Part shown: in pieces, positions 53,831 through 64,000 of the stretch
Layout of the letters: each line of letters starts with the position of its first letter
Numbering within the stretch: position 1 is the first letter of the stretch
Assembly: GCA_964016885.1 (NCBI GenBank)
Contig: OZ024743.1
Span: forward strand, 104,098,001-104,162,000
DNA: 64,000 nucleotides
Direction: 5' to 3'
Origin: Eledone cirrhosa
Lineage: Eukaryota
Position numbers and translations under genes: made by a program
The notes under the pieces: model-generated
The model's input: the letters and a program-made list of their open reading frames with translations, nothing else
Database searches by the model: none
Told to the model about the DNA's origin: nothing

Positions 53831-54786
53831 TTATATATATAAATGGGTGGTGGATTGGCAGTATCAGCAGATCATCAAACTCCATGCTTTGCAGCATGGA
53901 GTTATGTACATTCTGAGATCATTTCCCGCTGAGATTAACTTTGCCTTTCATCCTTATGGGGTTGATAGAATAAAGCACAAGTAATGCACTGGGGTAATTG
54001 CCGGCCTTGTGCCAAAAGTAGAAACAATTATTTATGTATAAATATATAAGAGAAAGGCTTAGGAAAATTTGGGATGAAGTGATAAAAGCTGATTTTGCCT
54101 AGGAGATGACACAGGATCAAGGTCTCTGGTGTCATGCTGCACTGGTGTTATGCTGCACTGCAGAAGACCCTCCCTCCCATGTGCACAAAATGAAATGAAA
54201 CAAACATGTAGAGGACACACTAGTCTGCACCAACTCTCCCTTCCCATGCACTCTCCCCCACCTTAATGACTTACTCTAACCTGCTAAATATCCCATACCT
54301 AATCGATATCGAACTTGCTTACAGAACTTGCTATAAGAACCATTTGTTACAAATACTAATTTAATAATTGTTTCTACTTTTGGCACAAGGCCAGCAATTA
54401 CCCAGTGCATTACTGGTACTTTATTTTATCGACCCCGTAAGGATGAAAGGCAAAGTTAACCTCAGCGGGATTTGAACTCAGAATTGCAAGGGCCGTAACT
54501 CTATGCGTCAAAGCATGGCGACCCTCTACCGATACTGAATGAAAGAATAAATTATATTTTAGTAACTCCCTCTAAAATCTTCATTAATTAATGAATACAA
54601 TATTTTATGAACAATATGGTAACAACTGGGTTAATATTTATTCCAATGAGATTTATGATGGTACAGTCCTCTATTAGCTTACCAGTTCTAATGAATGTTC
54701 CTTCAGAATTTAGATGTGGTCCTTTAAACATAGGCAGCTAATAGAATAATAAGGGAGTTAGAAAAAAAAATATATATATATATATA

Positions 54787-55576
54787 TCTGTATATATATA
54801 AAATTAAGTATATGTGTGTGTGTGCCTACATCTTATGACCGATTTTCATGAAACTTTACAGGCTCATAGATTAGTCACGGGGGGAGTGTTTTCTATATAT
54901 CAGCGTATCATTTTTTTTTTATTCCGGGGTCATTCTGCAGATAAAATTCGATAGGGCGTCACCTTTTTTTAGGTATCGAAAAATAAGATTTTTGGCTCTA
55001 GCTCCCACATTTTGCCACTGATTTTGTTCAAATTTTAAAGCAAAATAGAATTTATCATTGCACATCCTGTAATGGCTTTATATTTTGCATTTGTTGTTCA
55101 TGGATGGCGTGGCAGCCACTTAAATATTCAAAAATACCACTTTTAGACTCAAATTTCCACTTTTTCATCTCTAGCTCCCACATTAATCAACCTACTTTGT
55201 TCAAATTTTACACTATGCTAGATCTGATTATTTCACGTCTTAAAGTGGCTTTACATTTTGGAGTTTTTGTTCAGGAACGGCGTGGCAGCCGCTTAAATAT
55301 TAAAAAATACCACCTTTTCGCTCAAATTTCTGCCTTTTCGGCTCTAGCTCCCACATTTTTCAACAGATTTCGTTCAAATTCGAAACTCCCTCCTCCAGCA
55401 TGCCCCTTCGTCAGTCACCCTCGTTTCTCAGTGATAGAGGTCATCACCACCCTCCCCCGCATGGCCTGTGTGTGGCCATAGATGAGTCATCGAGAAGCAG
55501 TCGCTATAAATCAACACCTTTTCATCAAAGCAGATATTATTTTACCTACCCAGGCAACGCTGGGTACTGCTGCTAG
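54787..55576 (+). mobile_element. Non-autonomous Helitron
   Basis: 5' TCTGTATATATATAAAA, 3' hairpin ACCCAG GCAACG CTGGGT, then CTAG|T. Contains internal ~150-180-bp repeats (CTCTAGCTCCCACATT, GGCGTGGCAGCC). Confidence 0.85.
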
Positions 55577-55608
55577 TATATATATAAAAGTATAAAAATA
55601 CTAATTAC

Positions 55609-55689
55609 CTTTTGTAGTTTTCTGACATTTTTTTAGTATTTTCTTTGATTTGTTTTTAATAAGAAACAAAAAAAAAATGTATTTATTAC
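55609..55689 (-). other. Candidate 81-nt host-gene exon containing a start codon (MSENYK..)
   Basis: Minus strand: CTAAG..TTTTCTTCTTTTTATTTTGCAG acceptor, AAAAAAATGTCA start context, AAAG|GTAATT donor. No partner exon identified. Confidence 0.35.
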
Positions 55690-56592
55690 CTGCAAAATAA
55701 AAAGAAGAAAATTCTTAGAATAAATGAATGATGTAAATTTACAAAGTTTTTCAACTCTTAACACCATGCACCACATGGAACCCCTTTAATAAGACATTTT
55801 TGAAAAGTATAAAACAACATGATAACTGTATCACATAAAAAATTTTAGTTTGTACAATTATACTGCAAATTTTTATGATGGTCTGATAACTAGTAAAACT
55901 ACTATAAACATTTCAATTGACAAACCCTAAACCAAATTAGCAAGACATTTTTAAAAATTACAAAAATATTAATGTATTTACTTTAGTTTACTGCAAATTT
56001 TCACAACAAACTGAACACTAGTAAAGATACTATTAACATATGGATTAACAAACCCATTTTTAGATTTAAGATATGTTTTACTAAATCATTAAATAATGTT
56101 AAGGGTTAATTAGCAGTTATTCTATAGACTAAATCATTATAGATTAAACAATTTTACTTTCCTACAAACATTCTTGTATATACACTTAGTGATTTTTATC
56201 ATCACAACTTGGCAAATAAGGTGAAGTTAATGACTCATAAATGAAGCTGCAATAAGACTGAAACATATAAGGAGTTATCTTCCATACTTGCATAAATAAT
56301 GGTTTCTGATTTAGGCACAAGGCCTGTAATTTGGGTTTGCAAGGAAAGTCGATTATATCGATCCTACTCCTGTATTTTATCAACCTTTGAAAGAAGGAAA
56401 GGCAAAGTTGGTCACAGCAAGATTTGAACTTAGAATACAAAAAGCTAGAGCAAATGCTGCAAAGCATTTTGTCCAATGCTCTAACAATTCTGCCAATGCA
56501 TCTTTCTTGTGGTTTCTAATTTTAGCACAAGGCCAGCAATTTTGGGGGGAAGAGAAAGCTGATAATATCAATCCCAGTACCTGACAGATACA

Positions 56593-56769
56593 CAGTACCG
56601 GATTTAGGACAGATGAGGCCCTGTGCTAGTTAAGTTATGAGGCCCCTTACTTGGGCCCTGAAGAAGGTAATTCATCATAAAAAAAAATTTTGGCAGGAAG
56701 ATGGTCTCCACCGGCCAACGGGGCCCTGTGCTTAAGCACACCGAAGTGCAATGGTAAAATCTGGCAGTG
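56593..56769. mobile_element. hAT-type MITE (family of 22038-22197), nested in an old SINE A-like copy
   Basis: CAGTACCGGATTTAGGAC...AAATCTGGCAGTG with TSD CAGATACA/CTGATACA. Confidence 0.8.
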
Positions 56770-58082
56770 CTGATACATTATATTATCAACCTCAGAAGGT
56801 TGTAAGGCAAAGTAGACCTTGGTAGAATTTGAAGTCAGAAAGTAAAGAGCTAGAATGCATTGCGCTAAGTATTTTTCTGATGCTCTAATGACTCTGCTAA
56901 TTCACAGTCCATATTTGCATAAATAATCAAAATTATATTAATCACAAAATGTTTTCCTCTCACTCCTTAATTAGTATCTATTTTTTAAAGGACCTAGCAT
57001 TAGATATGTTAACATTAGCTAAGAAATAATTCCTGTCAATATATACCCAGAGAAATTGGATAGGTATGCTACTACGGTACCAGACTAACATCACAAAGAC
57101 ACTAGCATATCAGACTACTATTAAAAAGGCTAGTAGTTCGCATCTTGTTATTGACAATTCATTATAGCTATTAAATAGTAAATGTTATTAAAGACAAATA
57201 AAAGCATTATTTCCTTGATCTGATCTGACAATCAGCAAATAGTATCAGCAAGGTATAAACCACTGGAGACATTGTTTCGTTGGTCTGATCTGATGATCAG
57301 CATATAGTATCAGTAATGGAATGACCAATGGAAATATTGTTTCCTTGGTCCAGCCAGATTATTGGCTCCTTTCTTTTCTTACTTAACTTTGGAGTTGATG
57401 CAATACTTCTAATCCCTCTTAATCAGCTCCAATTATTTTTGTTGCCTTTGTTAGCTTTTATTACTTGAAAACTTTTAACAGAAAATGAACTCCCAATATA
57501 ACAAGAAACAGGAAAGAAATGTAGGATTTTAATGCTGAAAGTAAATAGACTCCAATCAGAATGATATTTACTATGTGTCAAATATGTTCTGGAAACTAAT
57601 TATACACACAGGCATATATGTAAACACACACTTGAACATATATATATATAATCCAACTTGAATGCCAGAATGGGTTAAAGAGTAAAAGCTTAAGATAAAT
57701 CTCTTTCTTTTACATTTCATAGAATGGAATAAACGCCTCCTACTCAAACCATGTTATTGGTTTAACCTAGTTTGTAATATAACAGGTTCTCTCATGGACA
57801 ATACATAATTAGTTGGGTCAGTCAACAGTGTGTCCTCTATAGATTAGAATTACTTTTGTTTTACTGATATTTCCTAATCCCTTCAATTGTGTCAAAGGCA
57901 TGACAAACTCCCTAGTACTGGTGCCATCATAAAATGTACCAAGTACACTCTCTAAAGGATTGGTGACAAGACAAACACCTAGCCATAGAAATCTTGCCAA
58001 ACAAATGGTTGAGATGACTCTTTAATTGTGTCAAAGACATGATAACCTCACTAGTACTGGTACCAGTACACCAATGCAATTA

Positions 58083-58270
58083 CAGGTAAAATTCTGTTAT
58101 AACGAATACCATTATAATCAGTGTTTCAGTATAACAACATTTTTTTCAATCCTCGAGGTAATAACAAACAAACGCTCAATTTGTTTCGGTCGATCTACTT
58201 ATAAAAAATATTTTGTTACAACAAATTTTTTTCTATACTCTGTGAATTTCATTATATCGGAATTTCACTG
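58083..58270. mobile_element. Tigger/pogo-like MITE
   Basis: TA|CAGGTAAAATTCTGTTATAACGAA ... TTCATTATATCGGAATTTCACTG|TA. Confidence 0.7.
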
Positions 58271-58761
58271 TATTTTATAAGGTGGATCTATAAGATCATA
58301 TAATTCTTAGACCAATCTCAGTTGGGAAATTTAAATTTAAATAAAAATGCTCTAAAATGGGTGGTTTTGTTTCATAAAGCCAGAAGCAATTTGACTAGGT
58401 TAATATCAAAAGGGTTAATTTTCAACAATACACACTCATATACTTTATTAACCCTTACATGTCTTCTGCCAAGATTTACATCCAAGCATTAAAACTAAAC
58501 TTGAGGCTATTTTCCAAATATGAAACTTCTTTAAGACATGTAATATAAACAATTTTAATTATCCCCCTTAGCTAAATGTTTTTTCCAGATAAATAACATT
58601 ACTGAAGCAAAGGGTTCATATAGGCTTCTGTTTGTTTGTTTATATATATATATATATTTTCTCTCACATATTTCATTTTTTTTTTATCATGTTCAACTTC
58701 TCTCTCTATATATATTTATATATACAAACACACACATACACACACATACATAAATAAATGA

Positions 58762-58820
<59 letters not shown>

Positions 58821-59039
58821 AGCACATACATATACATATGTGTGCACGTGTGTGTGTATCTTTGTTTGTGATAAAATGCACCCGCTACATACTGTAACTT
58901 GCTTAGTATTAGGAAGAACATCCAGCTGTAGAAATCATGTGAAGCTGAAATGTGTGAACAAGACATGGTCATCTGACATCATAAATTTCAAGATGGGACA
59001 ACCTGTCCAACCCATGCCAACATGGAAAAAGGTTATAAA

Positions 59040-59452
59040 ATGGTACTGATGATGATGATGATGATGCAGATGATTATAGTGATGCTGCTGTTGATGATGA
59101 AGGTGGTAATGGGGAGTTTGATGATGATGGTGAGGATAATGGTGAGGGTGATGGTGGTGATGATGATGGTGATGATGATGATGATGATGATGATAACGGT
59201 GAGGGTGATGGTGGTGATGATGATGATGATCATGATGATGATAATCATGATGATGATGATCATCATGATGATTTGATGATGATCATGATGATGACAGCGA
59301 TGATAGTGATGCTGATGATGTTAGTGATGATGATGATGATGATGATGATGATGGTAATGGTGAGTTTGGTGACGATGATGACGGTAATGGTGAATTTGGT
59401 GACGATGGTGATGATAATGGTGAGGGTGAGGAGGGTGATGATGACAATGGCA

Positions 59453-59484
<32 letters not shown>

Positions 59485-59603
59485 GATGATGGCAATGATG
59501 ATGATGATGATGATGATGATGATGGTAATGATGGTGATAATGATTGTGGTGGTGACGATGATGTTGGTGGTGATGATGATAATGCTGAGGGTGATGGTGG
59601 TGT

Positions 59604-59659
<56 letters not shown>

Positions 59660-60150
59660 GTGATGATGATGGTGATTGTGTGATAGAACATGCTTCAAAA
59701 TTCTTCAATCATCATCTGTGTAATTGAGTAATTCAAGAGAAAACAGAGATTTTATGTTTTGCAATCTGGGATTTCTATCAACTCCTCTCTACTTCTCCAA
59801 TAGCTATTTAAAACATGTTGGCATGAACACTTTATTTCTACATCTAGTAGTTTATTTCACCCAGCACCAGCACCATTGTTATAATCATCATCATCATCAC
59901 CATCACCATCAGGAAGATTATTATGATCATCACCATCACCATCAGGAAGATTATTATGATCATCACGATGATCATCATCACCATCATCCTCACCAACATA
60001 TATCTTTACCATCATCATTATCATTATCACCACCAACATCACCACCAACATCACCACCACCACCACCACCATCCTCACCATCAGGAAGAAAATGATGATC
60101 AGCATCATTGTCATCACCATCATCCTCACCAACATATATCTTTACCATCA
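59040..60150. repeat. Long (GAT/GGT)n tract followed by an (ATC/ACC)n tract
   Basis: Directly visible low-complexity trinucleotide sequence. Similar tracts at 24510-24950, 46085-46356 and 47690-47950. Confidence 0.9.
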
Positions 60151-60689
60151 TCGGCAGTATAGGAAGAGGGTCGGACGCCATGCTCTGATGCATAGAGTTA
60201 CGGCCCTTTTCATTCTGAGTTCAAATTCCGCCGAGGTTAACTTTGCCTTTCATCCTTACGGGGTCGATAAAATAAAGTACCAGTAATGCACTGGGTAATT
60301 GCTGGCCTTGTGCCAAAAGTAGAAACAATTATCATTATCACCCGTCCCACCCTTGCAAGCAGGGAAGAGCGGACGTAAAATGATGATGATGATGATGATG
60401 ACTGCCAACATCACCACCAACATCACCACCAACATCACCCCCATCACCACCACCACACTACCACAACTACCTTCTTCTATCCTTACCACCATTCTGCTAA
60501 TTACCATCATTACCATATCTTCTATTCTCATCAGCATCAATGTATACATTTTCATATTTTTTCCCCTTTAGTTAACACTAACTTATCTTTACAGACACCA
60601 ACTTTTATTCCAATATATTCCTATATTCCAATATGAATTTTGTGTTTCTTTGCTTGACATACATGCATACACATGTATATATATATATA

Positions 60690-61880
60690 TCATAAAACAT
60701 GTCTATAGAATCACCAGATAAAATATATACCATTTCCTCTCCCAATTAGCATAATTAACCATATAAAAAATCAATTAGACCAAGCTATAAGAATAAAGGC
60801 TCCTATGAAGAAATCTCCGACAAATAACCGAAAGCAGCCCTTTCGCTGCGGTTACGACGGATCATTTATCAAATATTTCGACAGCATGTATAAATCGACC
60901 AGATATACAGTCAACTAAACAGAATTAGGTGTAAAATAAACTAGAATAAAAGTGAACATATTTAATTACCTCTACCATGGTTTCGTCCGCATTTTAAGAC
61001 ATCCGATAACATTGGATATCTAGAGCTTCGGATTCTTCAGGAGTTAGCTCAAATTTAGACAATTAATTTTCCAAAGTGATCGCGCCAAGAATACATTAAA
61101 AAATGGCTAAGAATCGTGACGTGGCAGCGGTCAAGTTAGAAAGGATGTGATTAGTTGCTTACGGCTGGTAGGCTTTTTGCTAGAAAGCGCAGCCCAATAC
61201 AGCCAAATTGTATCTCAACCTAATAGGAAATTATTACATATAAAGGTTTACATATATATATAAAGTCATAGATAACCGCTGCGAAGGGCCTGCTTTCGGT
61301 TATTTGTCGGAGATTTCTTCATAGGAGCCTTTATTCTTATAGCTTGGTCTAATTGATTTTTGATATGGTTAATTATGCTAATTGGGAGAGGAAACGGTAT
61401 GTATCTTATCTGGTGATTCTATAGACATGTTTTATGATATATAGCTCTGATTATTTAATTTATTAATTCTTCATTGAGCCACAAAGTGACCCGTTGCAAA
61501 ACACATATATATCTATAACTTTATATATATATATATGTAAACCTTTATATGTAATAATCTCCCGTTAGGTTGAGATACAATTTTGGCTGTATTGCGCAGC
61601 GCAATACAGCCAAAATTGTATCTCAACCTAACGGGAGATTATTACATATAAAGGTTTACATATATATATATATAAAGTTATAGATATATATGTGTTTTGC
61701 AACGGGTCACTTTGTGGCTCAATGAAGAATTAATAAATTAAATAATCAGAGCTATATATCATAAAACATGTCTATAGAATTACAAGATAAAATATATACC
61801 GTTTCCTCTCCCAATTAGCACAAAGTGACCCGTTGCAAAACACATATATATCTATGACTTTATATATATATATATATATG
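60690..61880. mobile_element. Hammerhead-bearing element with nested inverted duplications
   Basis: Homologous to 40921-41780. Includes a ~445-bp palindrome at ~61375-61820 centred on TTGCGC a GCGCAA (61598). Confidence 0.78.
60970..61043 (-). ncRNA. Type I hammerhead with extended stem II
   Basis: Minus strand CTC-CTGAAGA-ATCCG...CGGAC-GAAA-CCATGG-TA-GAG, near-identical to 41442-41515. Confidence 0.78.
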
Positions 61881-61885
61881 TAAAC

Positions 61886-61929
<44 letters not shown>

Positions 61930-62003
61930 TGGATTGTAAAATGGCAATAATGATGATGATGATATATATACATATATATATATATACACACATGCACACA
62001 CAC

Positions 62004-62034
<31 letters not shown>

Positions 62035-62147
62035 CACCCATATATATACATATATACATATATATACATACATATATACATACATATATACATATATACA
62101 TACATACATACATATATATATACATATATACATACATACATATATAT

Positions 62148-62696
62148 ATGGTGGCTGCCAACTCGTTTTCGAGTACGGCCACTACTTTATATCCATGTAG
62201 GAGAACCCCTACCGATGCGCTGAACAAGTGTGACTTTTTAGTCCAGCCAGCGACTTGAAAACTCTGGTACAAACACTACACTTGTGACAATTATTGACAC
62301 ATAGTGCTGGGCCCATGGTACCATGTGATGACAAGTGCAGAGAGATCTCCAGATATAAAGCAATGCCTGTGCCGTGAAGCTTTTATAGTGAGCAAAGGCA
62401 CTGCACAAAGCCAGTCCCACTCTCTTAACCAAGATGATATTTACCAAAAAGAAGTCAACATCATTGGCTACCATCAGGGTTGCAGGTGCTATATCAGAGT
62501 TTTCCTTCTCCTAGAATTCTGCCTTGACAAAGGCTAAGGGGTCATCTCTCCCGGTGATTTTGGATGGCCATTGACTCTTAAGAGCTCCTCTGCCCTTTGA
62601 CAGGTTTTGTTTTTAGTCCTGCAGGATGTCCAAAGTCACCCTCCTCACCAAGAAACCTTGGTGGGGTTGCCAGTTTAGTCGCCAACGACCCGACCA
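62148..62696 (-). mobile_element. Bipartite RTE-derived non-autonomous element (family C)
   Basis: The minus strand has CTAGGAGAAGGAAAACTCTGATATAGCACCTGC (RTE 5'-UTR-like), the GAGAGTGGGA core and the GCAGCCACCAT end. Flanked by microsatellites. Confidence 0.7.
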
Positions 62697-62899
62697 TATA
62701 CATATATACATACATATATACATATATATACATGTATATACACACATATATACATATATATATACACATATAAATATACACATATATATATATACACACA
62801 TATATACACACACACACACACACATATATATACACATATAAATATACATATATATATATATACACACATATATACACACACACACATATATATATATAT

Positions 62900-62939
<40 letters not shown>

Positions 62940-62985
62940 CACATCAGAAAGAGAGAATCAGTGTTGCGACGAATAAAATTTATTA

Positions 62986-63080
62986 GACATATTACAATCG
63001 TTTCTCTGGCGACCAGCTCGAGGCACGATCGATGTAATGATCAAACCTGACTCTGAAATCGCAAGATCCTCAGATACGTC
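62986..63080 (-). ncRNA. Type I hammerhead with ~60-nt structured stem II
   Basis: Minus strand GACGTAT-CTGAGGA-TCTTGCGA...TCGCCAGA-GAAA-CGATTG-TA-ATATGTC, then AATAAA. 7-bp stem I, GUA site. The element spans about 62940-63205 between microsatellites. Confidence 0.82.
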
Positions 63081-64000
63081 TCCATTCTACGAAGCAGAGT
63101 TTCCAAATCTTTTTTCTCATGTGATATTATACTCTGCTCTGTAAGAGCATCGAGCGCTCAAATGGCCTACCGCTTATGGACGCTTTAAACATCTCACACC
63201 AATTATATATACACACACACACATATATATATATATACATATATATGCACACACACATATATATACATACACACACACATATATATATATATATGTGTGC
63301 ATGTGTGTGTGTTTCCTTTCATAGAAGTTTAATGATTCTGCGTGACATAACATTGACATAGGAACTGTAGCCAGAGCCAGTCCAAGACATAGTTCAACAA
63401 CAAGCATAGTTGTGATAGTATCAAAGATTACTACACAGATGCAATACATGAGATCAATATAGAATCATATGATATTCAGAATTCCACTAATGACTCATGT
63501 TTTCATAGTATTGTTTATATTCTCTTTTCTCCATGTTTTTTTTTTTTTCATATTAAACAACTCTTGTCTATTTAGCACTTGGGACTATAGAATTTTCAGA
63601 AACCTCCCTCCCACTTCCCAACAAAATCTTGTATAATTATAAACTCTGGTTAATTTCATCCTTTTATCCCCAACCTGCCTGAAACCACCCCCTAGGTCTA
63701 TGCTATAAAACTGTTTGTTTTAAAAACCTTCATAATTTTATGTAAGTACATTTGTTAATTAATTCCCTGAATACCAGCTTAATAATGAAAAAGTTAGTCA
63801 TATTACTAAATTCATTCAAATTCTTAATTATTTTCAAAATTATTTCAAAATTATAGACAGTGTCTTTCATTAGAAATATGGTATTGAAAGGGTTAAAAAC
63901 ATAAGCAGTTTTTTTCATTAGAAATATGTTTGGGGGTTTAGTTAACAAATGTTCTTACATAAAATTATGGTGGTAGACTTTTAGACAAATATCAACAAAT

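Noticed and set aside
59022-59708. Poly-Met/His/Ile/Ser ORFs, plus the many YIYI/THTH ORFs elsewhere
   Set aside because: These are translations of (GAT)n, (TA)n and (CA)n microsatellites, with no codon or splice evidence.
62630-62696. Twister-like fragment (AACCCCACC...GGTGAGGAGGGT) at the family C 5' end
   Set aside because: The pseudoknot-forming central elements of twister could not be identified.

Overview
AT-rich, microsatellite-saturated animal DNA. The repeat content is typical of an octopus/cephalopod genome (inference). No intact protein-coding gene is present, and most track ORFs are microsatellite artefacts. The window contains RTE-clade LINE copies (one with an RT domain), an RLE-type (R4/Dong-like) LINE relic, a mariner relic, two non-autonomous Helitrons, hAT/piggyBac/Tc-mariner MITEs, two tRNA-headed SINE families and a bipartite RTE-derived family. 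There is one candidate host exon on the minus strand (55609-55689). The most notable signal is a set of short non-coding elements beside (TA)n tracts, often built as fold-back inverted repeats. They carry type I hammerhead ribozyme folds (stem I-CUGANGA-stem II-GAAA-short, often palindromic stem III-NUH-stem I). I read about ten motifs in at least six sequence families. Several have an unusually long (about 50-60 nt), structured stem II, with compensatory changes between two distant copies. They look like non-autonomous Penelope-like/retrozyme elements. Cleavage activity is inferred, not shown.
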